Shown one piece after another: positions 40,953 through 56,649 of a stretch of DNA of 64,000 nt. The stretch comes from Octopus vulgaris. Its lineage: Eukaryota. A program made the translations under genes and the position numbers. The notes under the pieces were generated by a model that was given only the letters and a program-made list of their open reading frames with translations, ran no database searches and was not told where the DNA came from. Each line of letters begins with the position of its first letter. Within the stretch, counting starts at the first letter, position 1. The stretch covers positions 3,844,001 through 3,908,000 of the forward strand of contig OX597834.1 in assembly GCA_951406725.2 (NCBI GenBank). Direction: 5' to 3'.

Positions 40953-41014
40953 GAAATAAAACGATTTCTGTTCAATCTGCGTTCAGCTCCATTTCTTCAA
41001 TTCACCAATAATGT

Positions 41015-41076
<62 letters not shown>

Positions 41077-41582
41077 CATATATATATGTATATATATGTA
41101 TATATATATGTATGGCCTATTATGGCCGTTCCTTTATTGTTGATGTATATATATATGTATATACATATATATGTATATATATATGTATATACATATATAT
41201 GTATATATATATGTATATATATATGTATATACATATATATGTATATATATATATATATATACATATATATGTATATATATATGTATATACATATATATGT
41301 ATATATATATGTATATACATATATATGTATATATATATGTATATATATATGTATATACATATATATGTATATATATATGTATATACATATATATATATAT
41401 TTATATGTATATATATATATGTATATACATATATATATATATATGTATATACATATATATATATATATGTATATACATATATATATATATTTATATGTAT
41501 ATATATATATATGTATATACTAGTGTATATCAGCGGTGGTGCCCCAGCATTCGGGCTAAAACATTTTAAGGATTTTAAGGAT

Positions 41583-41646
<64 letters not shown>

Positions 41647-41665
41647 TGATATATATATATATATG

Positions 41666-41749
<84 letters not shown>

Positions 41750-41858
41750 ATCCAAACAAGAAAACACCAAAAAAAAACAAAATAAACACAACAACGTGAG
41801 GACGTGGAACAAATGAATTATTATTGGACGCTCATATGCATGCATATATATATATATG

Positions 41859-41898
<40 letters not shown>

Positions 41899-41912
41899 GA
41901 CGCTCACATGCA

Positions 41913-41987
<75 letters not shown>

Positions 41988-41990
<3 letters not shown>

Positions 41991-43570
41991 CAAAATAAGA
42001 AAATGGAGAAATACATCCAAGTCAAATATCAACTGCCAGATAATACCTAATCACATACTTTATTAAACCACCACGTAAGAAACTTTAAGGTCAAACATAA
42101 TAATATAGAACTGTACATAAAGGTGTGTACATAAAGGAGTAATATGATACAATAAGTACAATATGTATAAGAGAATATAAATATAAATAAATATAAATAT
42201 AAATATAAACTCCATCTTACAGCTGTTTCGGCCATGCAGATAAGTATGTCTCATTTTACTTATATTAGCCATATGTGGTAGGTCAATATGTAGTTATAAA
42301 TGAGACATTTACAAAAATATCCTAAGGCCTCTTCGGAGCTTATGAAATACAAACCAAATTACATATACACTTATATAATAAATCATATACATATACATAT
42401 GAGTGCATATACTCATACTCCTATACATATACATATACATAATAATATAAATAGCATAAATCAATAAACATACATATGTTCCATATTCAATGTTACAGTT
42501 TTTGAACTTAATATTGTGATATTACAATGTAGAAAACATACACATATTAATACCCAAATGCAGATATACAGAATCAAGAGTACATTATATTAATACATAT
42601 TAATTTACAAAATGTCGTTAATGTTAACATCATTACCATTATCCTTACCACTAATGCTACCAATAACATTATTCTTATTATTAATAACACTAATACTAGT
42701 AAAACAATATATAGATTCCATTATTAGCAATATAGTAGCAAAACTAAGGACCACAATAGTACTACAGTACCATGCAAAGCATTAAATATCTGCATATACA
42801 TACAAAATATGAAATAAAAGCATTCTGTTTAGATGATATTAAGATCCACAGGTGCACAGATGTACATCCGAGTTCAAATTTATAATTTCAATTGTGACAC
42901 AAATACAGTATTATGTTTAGAAATAGTTACGAATCTAGCGCTAAAATATGATTGGCTTGTACATTTAAATTTAAATTACAATTGTCTTCTTTACGGTTGG
43001 TTTATTGAGAAACATCCACACATGTACACTTGCAAATGTGTGCCCACACGCACATACACTGACAAATCGCAACATAAGAGATACCAGCCCACACACACAC
43101 ACACACACACACATGTTTACATACAGATCTACTCACATATATCCATAAAAATGCGTACATGCAAGCACACAGACAACTATACCTAGTCGAAGTACGTTAT
43201 TATCATAAGATACATAATTAAAATAACACCGTATATTTCGTATACAAATTATCTTGCCAATGAAACTTCTATATTGTTACATTTCTACTAAACCAGCACA
43301 GGCATACTTATCTGCATGGCCAAAACAACTGTAAGATGTAGTTCATATTTATATTTATATTTATTTGTATTTATATTCTCTTATACATATTGTACTTATT
43401 GTATAATATTACTCCTTTATGTACACTCCTTTATGTACACTGTTTTGTTCTATATTATTATGTTTGACCTTAAAGTTTCTTATGTGGTGGTTTAATAAAG
43501 TATGTGATTGGGTATTATCTGGTAGTTGATATTTGACTTGGATGTATTTCTCCATTTTCTTATTTTGTAT
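41988..43570. mobile_element. Penelope-like non-coding unit with ~260 bp inverted repeats
   Basis: 41988-42248 is the reverse complement of 43303-43570; a hammerhead overlaps the left arm. Confidence 0.75.
42214..42340 (-). ncRNA. Degenerate type I hammerhead motif with long loop II
   Basis: AGCU-CCGAAGA-GGCC..(92 nt)..GGCC-GAAA-CAGCUG-UA-AGAU. Confidence 0.5.
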
Positions 43571-43680
43571 TATGAATTTGTGGTAAAACATTTTACCTTT
43601 GCCCATATAATACATATATATATACATACATATAAATATATATATGTATATACATATATATATATATACATATATCTAAG

Positions 43681-43713
<33 letters not shown>

Positions 43714-43773
43714 ATATATATGTATATACATATACATATATACATATATATATGTATATTTATATATACATAC

Positions 43774-43848
<75 letters not shown>

Positions 43849-43951
43849 GTACGTATGTATGTATACATAGGGGAAGAGCTCACGAAAACAACAGCACGAA
43901 GACGGGTGGCAAAGAAAACAAAGATGTATGTATATATATATATTTATATTT

Positions 43952-44506
43952 ATGTCAGGTCACTTTCAAGTGCTACTGGTAACATGTAACCCAGTACAAC
44001 CTGTTGCATGGTCGGGTTGTCGGCGACTAAGCTTGCAACCTCACCAAGCTTGCTTGGTGAGGTGGGTCTTTATTGGACACCCTGCGGGATGAAAAAGAAG
44101 ACCCGTCAAGGGGCAGAGGAATGCTTGAGAGTCAACGGCCATCCAATAAATGCCTTAGGAATGTATCATGCGCGGGTACATAGAAATAATCGGACTGAAC
44201 ACTCGATCGCGTGGTTGAACCATTGCGATTGAAGGACTCCTAGCCTTTGTTAGGGCATCCTTCTAGGGGGAGGTAACTTAGGTAACTGGGATAACTCCGA
44301 CATAAAACCTGCAGTTCAGTGGTTACCAATGATGTTGACTTGTTCTTCTTTTCGGATGCTGGCTGCTGTTGCATATTGAATGAGATTGAATCAGTGCACA
44401 GCCTTTCCTGACTTTAAAAAACATCTTCTTGCACGAGCATTGCACGATAACAACATTGATTAAGCTTCATGCAATGACCATACTCGATAACAAGGTGGCA
44501 GCCACC
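43952..44506 (+). mobile_element. Non-coding structured element resembling an RTE-clade 5' UTR, copy 1
   Basis: Homologous to 56650-57179(-); GGGCATCCTTCTAGGGGGAGGTAACT..AACTCCGA..AAACC motif. Confidence 0.6.
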
Positions 44507-44573
44507 ATATATATATATGTATGTATGTATGTAATATATATATATATGTATATATATATGTAATATATATATA

Positions 44574-45350
44574 CTACAAGAACTCAAAAACACCCTAATT
44601 GACAGACACTACCCAGCTCAACTCATAGAGGATGGGATCAGACGTGCAACAGAAATCGACATAGAAACTTTGAGAAAAGTTCAACACAACAACACACCTT
44701 CCCCGAAAATACTGCCTTACATATCCACATACAACCCCAGAAACAAAGAAGCCTTCACCATCATCACCCAGAATTTACCAATACTTCATTAGGACCACAA
44801 ATTAAAGGAAATTCTAAACATACATAAAATCATTAAAAGCTACAAACAACCTAAATCACTTACAAAGATTCTCTCAAAGGCAAAATTGCTTTCTGAAATT
44901 ACGGATGCAAAAGTAAAAAAATGTGGTAGACCAAACTGCGCAACATGCCCAAACCTTCTAGAAGGATCAGAATTCCTCTTCAAAGAGGGACAAAAATTCA
45001 AGATCAAATCTAATTTTACTTGTGCTTCTGAAAACATAATTTATGTCATAAGATGCTCGGGCTGCCACCAAAACTACGTGGGGTCCATGGGACTATCACT
45101 CAGACGTAGATGCACACTGCATCGACAACAGATTTCATTCCCAGAATACAGAATGATACCCTTTAGTGAGCATATTGTGAAATGCGCAAAGCAACTAGTA
45201 CCACAATTTTTAATCTTTCCATTTTATCAATGTGCTATTGGAACACCAACACAAATTAGACTAAACAAGGAAACATTTTTCATTGAAAAATATTAGCCCG
45301 AAATTAACCACTCTAACATTCTTATACAGAGAAACTCACCCCATTAAGTA
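44574..45350 (+). mobile_element. Neptune-like Penelope element 3' fragment (thumb, Zn finger, GIY-YIG)
   Basis: RHYP, STYNP, CGRPNCATC, FTCASENIIYVIRCSGC..YVG..LRRRCTLH; in-frame TAGs at ~44789 and 45294. Confidence 0.9.
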
Positions 45351-45827
45351 AAAGAGGCAAGAAATATAAAGCGATTATCTCCCTTACACCGGAACAAATC
45401 ACTTATTACCTCCCCTTACCTGGAACTCTTCTTTACACTTCATAACAAAGTCATAACACGATGTTTTGAGAAATTTGAAAAGTTAACATGAAACCGGTAA
45501 TTTCTTCAAAAACTATGTCACTGTATGAAAAAATTTTATAACATTCTTCTGACATAATGACTCAAATATATTTTTTAACCTTTTAAAACAAGCCTTCTGT
45601 AGTTTTTTCACTTTTTACTATTTTCTATATATTCAACCACGTACTTTCACACACCAACTTTCTCACCTATATATATATATATATATACATATATATATAC
45701 ATATATATATATATGTATGTATATATGTATGTAATATATATATGTATATATATATGTAATATATATATATATGTATATATATATGTAATATATATATATG
45801 TATATATATATGTAATATATATGTATG

Positions 45828-45858
<31 letters not shown>

Positions 45859-46039
45859 TTATATATATATATGTTTGTCTGTATATATATATATGTATGT
45901 ATATATATATATATATGTATATATATATTTATATATATATATATGTTTGTCTGTATATATATATATGTATGTCTATATATATGTATGTATGTATATATAT
46001 ATATATATATATATGTATGTCTATATATATGTATGTATG

Positions 46040-46070
<31 letters not shown>

Positions 46071-46309
46071 CTATATATATATGTATGTCTATATATATAT
46101 GTATGTATGTATATATATATATTTATATATATATATGTATGTCTGTATATATATATATGTATGTCTATATATATGTATGTCTGTATTTATATATATGTAT
46201 GTCTATATATATGTATGTCTGTATATATATATATGTATGTCTATATGTATGTATATATATATATGTATGTATATATATATATGTATGTCTATATATATAT
46301 GTATGTATG

Positions 46310-46341
<32 letters not shown>

Positions 46342-46349
46342 CATATGTA

Positions 46350-46750
46350 TAGATGTCTTGCAAACAACTTGCGTCATGCAAGTGCTACCAGTTAAAAGCT
46401 CTGTATACCGGAAGCTAGCAAGTCTATGGGGTCATCAGGAGAGAATGCACGCCGTTTCGGGGCCTACCTCTCGACGGCATCAATGCGCACCGCCCCCCTT
46501 CACTGATATGCGGCCCCGCTTGCTAGATCAGCTGGTTATTGAGTTAAACTCAATATACTACTAGCCATCACACATCATCGCTTTTTAACCAAATCCAGTG
46601 GCTAGCCTTCTCTACTGTAGATTGGATATCAGTCATGGTGGTATTGACTTTACGATGAGTTAGTCCTAGCGATAACAACAGTCATCTCACGCTGTGTCCA
46701 ACAAACCCTCTACATCCGACTTCGATAGGAAAATGTTCCGCTTTCCAATA
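46350..46750 (-). mobile_element. HERO-like RLE LINE 3' end
   Basis: [27 protein letters not shown] followed by a GC-rich 3' UTR. Confidence 0.75.
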
Positions 46751-47230
46751 TATGTTTATGTATACATACATATATATATACATACGTATATATATATATG
46801 TATATATATATATATGTATACATATATATATATATATACATACATACATATATATATACATACATATATATATATATATACATATATATATATGTATATA
46901 CATACATACATATATATATATACATATATATATATGTATATACATACATGTATATATACATATATATATATATGTATATTTATATATATCTGTATATATA
47001 TGTGTGTATGTATATATAAATATTCATATATATATGTATGTATGTATATATATATATGTATATATATATGTATATATATATATATGTATGTATATATATA
47101 TATACGTATACATATATATGTATATATGTATGTATATATATATGTATATATGTATGTATATATATATATACGTATACATATATATGTATATATGTATATA
47201 TATATGTATATATATATATGTATATATGTA

Positions 47231-47462
47231 TTTTTTTTTTTTTTTTGTATTGTTTCAGTCATTCGACTGCGGCCATGCTGGAGCACCGCCTTTAGAGTGG
47301 TGAAAGAGTACAGCAGGGATCACCACCACCGCTCTGCCGGAGCCTCGTGGAGCTTTTAGGTGTTTTCGCTCAATAAACACACACAACGCCCGGTCTGGGA
47401 ATCGAAACCGCGATCCTCCGACGGCAAGTCCGCTGCCCTAACCACTGGGCCATTGCGCCTCC
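47231..47462 (-). mobile_element. Chimeric SINE: family C head plus family A/LINE tail and poly(A)
   Basis: ..CTGTACTCTTTCACCAC|TCTAAAGGCGGTGCTCCAGC..GACTGAAACAATAC(A)n. Confidence 0.85.
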
Positions 47463-48068
47463 ATGTATATATATGTATGTATATATACATATATACATGT
47501 ATATATGTATATATGTATATATGTATCTATATATATATATGTATATATATATATGTATATATGCATGTATGTATATATATATGTATATATATATATATAT
47601 GTATATATGCATGTATGTATATATATATGTATATATATACATATATATATATATGTATATATGCATGTATGTATATATATATATATGTATATACATATAT
47701 ATATATATATATATATGTATATATGCATGTATGTATATATATATGTATATATATACATACATATATATATATACATATATATATATATCTACATATATAT
47801 ATATGTTTATATCTCTATATGTATATATATATATATGTATATATATCTATATGTATTTATATGTGTATTATATATATGTATATATGCATGTATGTATATA
47901 TATATATGTATATATATACATATATATATATACGTATATATATATCTACATATATATATGTTTATATCTATATATGTATATATATATGTATATATATCTA
48001 TATGTATTTATATTACTCTTTTGCTCTTTTACTTGTTTCAGCCATCCGGCTGAGGCCATGCTGGGGCA

Positions 48069-48124
<56 letters not shown>

Positions 48125-48441
48125 CTCTCACCCTTATTAATTAATTATAATTATGCTACATTTATTTCTAAATGCAGTATTTGTTTTCCGTGAAAGTTTG
48201 GCGCGCTGTTAGTTGGGGCATTTGAATTATAACGTCGGATGTAATCAATTGAACCACACGTGTATTTATCGTTATGGTAAAATCTGGCGTGTGATTGNNN
48301 NNNNNNNNNNNNNNNNNNNNNNNNNNNNNNNNNNNNNNNNNNNNNNNNNNNNNNNNNNNNNNNNNNNNNNNNNNNNNNNNNNNNNNNNNNNNNNNNNCGT
48401 ATCTACACACACACACATATATATACACATATATATATATA

Positions 48442-48475
<34 letters not shown>

Positions 48476-49347
48476 CACATATACACACATACATACATAT
48501 CTACATACACACATACATACACCCGCCCACATATACAAATTTATACACATGCACATGCCTATACCTGTCTACACATACACACACGTATATATGCATACAC
48601 TCACTCCCATGCATGCACGCATACACACATGTATATATATATATATACCCACGACCACACATACATATATACACATAAAAATATATATTCATACGCACAT
48701 ACACTCATGCACACACAACACACCTAGTTCCCTATATACACATATTTACACCTATATATACATACACCCACATACACCTATGTACATATATATATATATA
48801 AACATATACACGCATACATATATATACATGTGTGCACATACATACATACACACATATATACATACACATACACATACACATGTGTACCTATACATACCTA
48901 CACATACACACATACATACATACAAATATACATATACATATATATATATACAATCCAATACAGGCCCATTCCCTAATTTTAATTTTATTATCTTCATTTA
49001 TTACTTTTGTTATCTTTGATCGCTAGAGCTAAGAATCCTGGCAATGGCTGCATGTCCATTTGTCTGTCTACTAGAAGGCAAGTACTCATTCCCGCACGCA
49101 CACTCATTAGCACGTACATTCACCCATTCGTACACTCATACACATACACGTACGCACGCGTTATATTCATACAAACAAACATCTACATACGTTCACGTAT
49201 ATACACATACGTACTCGTACCTACAGATTCGTGTCTACACTTTAGGAGGCTAGTCTATACATATACACCAATAAATATACATATATATATATATACACAC
49301 ATATACATACACACACACACATATATACTCCTACATACAGATACATA

Positions 49348-49391
<44 letters not shown>

Positions 49392-49563
49392 CATACACAT
49401 ACACACATACATATACACACACATACATACACATATATATACATACACAAACATATATACACACATATATATATACATACACACATACACACATACATAC
49501 GTATACATACATACATACATCCATACTTACATGCATTTATACGCATACACACACCCATCTATA

Positions 49564-49602
<39 letters not shown>

Positions 49603-49881
49603 TCACACATACATATACAAATCTACGCACACACATACATACATACACGTATACACATACACGCACATACACATATACATGCGTACCCATACACGTGCAC
49701 ACACGCACGCGCATCCATATATATACACACACACATATATATATACACGTGTGCAAGCATACATACATACTCATACGCGCACACATACTTACATATACAT
49801 ATATGCACACACTTACACACATATATATACACATACACATATACATGCATACATACATATATGCATACATACACACACGCA

Positions 49882-49945
<64 letters not shown>

Positions 49946-49978
49946 CATACACATACACATACATACACACATATACAC

Positions 49979-50011
<33 letters not shown>

Positions 50012-50218
50012 TACATATATACACATATACATACATATACATACACACACACATACATATATACATATACACTGATACACATACCCATACATATATATAT
50101 ATATATACACACACACACATATACACATGCATATACTTATATCACTACATACTCACATATATAAACATATATACATATACACACATACATATATACATGT
50201 ACATACACATACGTATGC

Positions 50219-50287
<69 letters not shown>

Positions 50288-50943
50288 TACATATACACAT
50301 ATACATGTATACATACGCAAAAAAGATACACATATATACACATACACACACACAGACAGATGCATATACATACATATATATATATAAACTACATATCTAT
50401 ATAAATACATACATAATACACATATACACACACATATATATACATTAATGCATATACATATACAAGTATACATACACATACATACACACACACGCGCACA
50501 CAAACATATACACACACACATATACAAATACATACATACACACATACACACACACATATATATATATATATATACATACATGTACACATATACATATGTA
50601 TATATATATCAACAAGGGAGGGTAAAGTTAATTAGTTATTAATCAATTTCATCAAGTGTTCAGTATGTAAAGGGACCATTATTATTTTGAGTAAACAATG
50701 TTAGAGGGAAAAAAATTCTCTAAGTAGTGGAAGAGGCTAAAAAACTTTATTGGCTGCTATTTCTAGAAAGTTTAGTATGTGGCAAAGTAATTTATTTTAT
50801 TTTCCTAAGCCCTAATTATATAATATTTTATACATACATACACATACATAAGCACATACATTTACACATACATATGCATATACATATATACACATATACA
50901 TACAAACACATATACACATATACACACACACACACATACAAGC

Positions 50944-50994
<51 letters not shown>

Positions 50995-51221
50995 AATATA
51001 TATACATATATATTTTTACATGCATACATACACACACACACACATAATACATGCGTATATTCCTACTGTACCCATGCATTTCTATACATATATACATACA
51101 TACGATACACATATACAAGCGTGCACATATAATATGTGAAAGGTCTTAGGAGAAAAGGTAATCGGGGGTGCTAGGGGAACAGTGGGGTTGGGGGGGGGGG
51201 TTGTAGGGGGGGGGGTTGTCA

Positions 51222-52514
<1,293 letters not shown>

Positions 52515-52536
52515 TGTTCCAGACAGTTCCTTTACC

Positions 52537-52567
<31 letters not shown>

Positions 52568-52680
52568 CCTTATAAAAAGCAAAGTTTGTTTGTCCGTTGA
52601 CCACTGAAAACTCTAAATAAAATTGATAATATTTCAGATTTCTCGTGTCATTTAAATTAATTTGACCATTTCGCAGATAA

Positions 52681-52906
52681 CTCTCTTTACTCTTTTACTC
52701 TTTTACTTGTTTCAGTCATTTAACTGCGGCCATGCTGGAGCACCGCCTTTAGTCGAGCAAATCGACCCCGGGACTTATTCTTTGTAAGCCCAGTACTTAT
52801 TCTATCGGTCTCTTTTGCCGAACCGCTAAGTGACGGGGACGTAAACACACCAGCATCGGTTGTCAAGCAATGCTAGGGAGACAAACACAGACACACAAAC
52901 ACCCAC

Positions 52907-52959
<53 letters not shown>

Positions 52960-53128
52960 TATATACGACAGGCTTCTTTCAGTTTCCGTCTACCAAATCC
53001 ACTCACAAGGCTTTGGTCGGCCCGGGGCTATAGCAGAAGACACTTGCCCAAGATGCCACTCAGTGGGACTGAACCCGGAACCATGTGGTTGGTTAGCAAG
53101 CTACTTACCACACAGCCACTCCTGCGCC
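52681..53128 (-). mobile_element. SINE family A, full length, well preserved
   Basis: GGCGCAGGAGTGGCTGTGTGG head through the (TAAAAGAG)n tail. Confidence 0.93.
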
Positions 53129-53702
53129 TTTTAAAAATATGGAACGCTTCACGAATTTGCGTGTCATCCTTGCGCTTATTTTCCAAAAACGGAATGAGGC
53201 GGGAACGAGTTGGTGGTGTACTGGCTCCTATTTCTAACAATCCACGTACTGTCTATTTCACCGTAATACTTTTAACAATGTGAAAAAATACTCCACCTAT
53301 CACTCAATTCACCTCCAACTTTCTCTAATTTTATACATTACATTTATTCCTTTGAAGTCACCGCCGGACCTCTGCTTTCTCTCTATATTTTTATTGTATT
53401 TTGTATTTATATTTGTGTAACATCGTCTGTTTTTCCGTCCTTGTTTTCGTATAAATTCAATGCTTTTTCCAAGGAATCTAATGCTCTTAGCTTAGTTTTT
53501 CCTTGGGGCTGACCAGATTGGAGCAATTTCAAGATTAATCAACCAAAATTGCAAGGATGATCCGATTCTTGACTGAGGATAGAAAGCTTCGAATGACCCG
53601 TCCTTGTTTTTTTGTATCGTCTATCTGGATGTTTTGTTGTCCCTTTTTGTATCACCTAGTTGTCCGGATGTTTTGCGTTCTTGTCCTATTTTGTATTTTA
53701 TT

Positions 53703-53764
<62 letters not shown>

Positions 53765-53833
53765 CATACATACATACATACATACATACATACATACATA
53801 CATACATGCATACATACATACATACACACACAA

Positions 53834-53907
<74 letters not shown>

Positions 53908-53911
<4 letters not shown>

Positions 53912-54425
53912 TAAGTAATTAAGGGTTTAGCAACGATTTGCCTCACCACACACCGAATTTAGAAATAGCAGTCAAAAAGTTTTGGCTATTCTTTCTACTT
54001 AAAAGGGAGATCCCAGTAAAACCAAAGCACTTAAAAAACAAACAACGCAGGCAAAAGAGAAAGAAATGACGAAAATCATTCTATATTAAGTTACCTACGG
54101 ACGCACGTTTCGGAATTAAGTCATTGCAGAGCATAAAAATTAAATAATTATGTCTTACCTGACTATTTTCCTCCTTAGCGTAGGACTCTTCAATTATAAG
54201 TGCTTTGGTTTTACTGGGATCTCCCTTTTAAGTAGAAAGAATAGCCAAAACTTTTTGACTGCTATTTCTAAATTCGGTGTGTGGTGAGGCAAATCGTTGC
54301 TAAACCCTTAATTACTTAGTATTACTTAAACCTTCCTTGAATGGGTCTTTTACATGCCGAACTCTACTTGGTGAAATTAATGATTATTTCTAAATTAATT
54401 AATTGGTTTCACCCTTTATTATTGA
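53908..54425. mobile_element. Penelope-like non-coding unit with perfect ~126 bp inverted repeat
   Basis: 53908-54033 is the reverse complement of 54197-54322; the spacer holds a hammerhead. Confidence 0.85.
54094..54184 (-). ncRNA. Type I hammerhead motif with G5A core substitution
   Basis: CCUACG-CUAAGGA-GGAA..AGUCA..UGACU..UUCC-GAAA-CGUGCG-UC-CGUAGG. Confidence 0.75.
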
Positions 54426-54485
<60 letters not shown>

Positions 54486-54487
<2 letters not shown>

Positions 54488-55344
54488 ATCGTTATTTAAA
54501 ATACCGATCAGAAGGATTTATCATAGCAGCCCAAAATCAATGCCTACCAACAAGGAACTACCAGGCCAACATATTAGAGAACGGCAGTAGCCCAACATGT
54601 CGTGTATGTCAACAACAAAATGAAACCATTGATCATGTTGTCTCCAAGTGCAGTCTTCTAGCACCTACAGAGTATCTCAACAGGCATTGGAGATCTGCAC
54701 AATATATTCACTGGGTAATTTGAAAAAGCCTGGACTTGCCTCATGATAAAAACTGGTGGAGACACAAACCACCTCCTGTGCTTGAAAATAACCATATCTC
54801 ACTCGTCTGGAACTTCACCATTCAAACTGACAGAAAGTTAGATGCAAATAGGCCAGACATCATATTGAAAGACTTCAGACAAAAATCATGCCTCCTCATT
54901 GATATGACTCTCCCAATCGATATAAACGTATCTGTCAAGATCTACCAAAAACTGAGCAAATATAAAGATCTTGAAATAGAAATCAGCAAAATGTGGAATC
55001 TGAAGACTAAAACAATAAATGTTGTCATAGGTGCCATGGGAATGATAGCAAAAGGGGCTGATTGCTATCTAGCTCAGATACCAGGAATCCCCAAAATGGC
55101 AGAAATTCAAAAGAGAGTACTCATGGGGACTGCTCATATCCTACGCAAAATACTTTCTATGTAATCTCAAGTTTTAAAACAAACATGATTTTCTTATGGT
55201 TTCTTAAACAACATTCTCTAGAACAATACTATGTACAAAACCAAATATATGGCACCCTAGGCATAACACCAACATGAACTTCCAACTTGGTGTCTCTTGA
55301 GGTCTCTGGAGCCAATTTGTACAAATGTAAAGCAAAAGTCAAAC

Positions 55345-55417
<73 letters not shown>

Positions 55418-55428
55418 TAATAATAATA
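54486..55428 (+). mobile_element. 5'-truncated Dong/R4-like LINE ending in (TAA)n
   Basis: SEGFIIAAQNQCLPT, CRVC..IDHVVSKC, WNFTIQTDRKLDANRPDI..LID..KLSKYKDL..VVIGAMG; (TAA)n at 55347-55428. Confidence 0.92.
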
Positions 55429-55437
55429 TATGTATAT

Positions 55438-55640
55438 TCTTTTATTTGTTTCAGTCATTTAACTGCGGCCATGCAGGAGCACCGCCTTTAGTCGAGCAAA
55501 TCGACCCCAGGACTTATTCTTTGAAAGCTTAGTACTTACTCTATCGGTCTATTTTGCCGAACCGCTAAGTTACGGGGACGTAAACACACCAGCATCAGTT
55601 GTCAAGCAATGTTGGAGAGGCAAACACAGACACACAAACA
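55438..55640 (-). mobile_element. SINE family A 3' half
   Basis: Body and tail match the 52681 copy. Confidence 0.88.
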
Positions 55641-55666
55641 TGTACATATATATATATATATATATA

Positions 55667-56640
55667 CTAGCTTGTGTACCCGGTAATTCCCGGGAGTAAA
55701 GATGTTCTACTGAAACGCCTTATTACTCTGATATAAAAAAGCAATTTCGTTATAACTGCCACAAAAAGTGTATTTTCCGTCACGGAAAAGTACAAAAAAC
55801 TGTCACCTGGAGGAGGGAGAGATTGTTGGAGGTTGGCGAGAGAGGTTTTCTGAGGTTGTAGAAAGAGTTTTTCGAGGGTTGGCGAGAGAGGTTGTCGGAG
55901 GTTGGTAAGAGAAGTTGTCGAAGGGAGAGGCATCTTTGTTCCAAAATTTTAGTCTTGCAGGGCTTCGTGATACACAATGTTTTTGGTTTTGCCGTTGGGT
56001 GCATAGATGAATAAATTTCCCGGATTTCCAGCTCTAGAGCATCCGACATAGAGCTGTCTGTGAGAAAAAGCTGGTTCTGCAAGATTAATGTCTACCACTT
56101 CCAATGTTTGACCTTGAACTTTGTTGATGCTCATCGCAAAGCTTAATCTCAGTGGGAATTGTAGTCTTTTGAAATCAATTTGTGTGTCGAAAGGAATCAG
56201 AGGAATCTTTGGAATGAAAACCTCTTCACCACTTGCTTTCCCAATTAGTATTGTGGCCTCCAACATTGCTTGTATCAATTTTTTGATAATAACTCTTGTG
56301 CCATTGTATAATTTTGGGGTTTCGAGGCTTCTTAAAAGCATAAATTGGGGCCCACCTTTAGATGCAATTCATGCGGCGGTAGACCTGAATGTGCAAGGCT
56401 ATTGAGGAATTCAACGGGGTAGTGAACAGCATCATTGGTGTGGAACACAGTATCAATTGACTTGTAAGTGCGACAATCGCCAGGCAGTTGTTCCAGAAGG
56501 TGATTGTTTACGCCATCGACTGCGACATTTTTTGGTGCCAAAATTGCACGTTTTCTCAGCCAACAATGGTCTGTGAATTGTGTGTTCAGATTAGGGAATA
56601 CTCTCGTGTTCGAGTATTGCCATCGCCTGATTGAAAGTCC
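55667..56640 (-). mobile_element. Helitron 3' part: Pif1-family helicase C-terminus and terminus
   Basis: RAILAPKN, YKSID, EFLNSL..SGLPPH.L.LKVG, NGTR, RLQFPLRLSFAMSINKVQGQTL, QLYVGCSR; hairpin CCCGG-GAATTA-CCGGG then CTAG at 55667. Confidence 0.93.
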
Positions 56641-56649
56641 CACACATGC

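Noticed and set aside
46430-46500. GAAA and CUGAUGA in the HERO-like 3' UTR
   Set aside because: Flanks are CCCC on both sides, so stem II cannot form.
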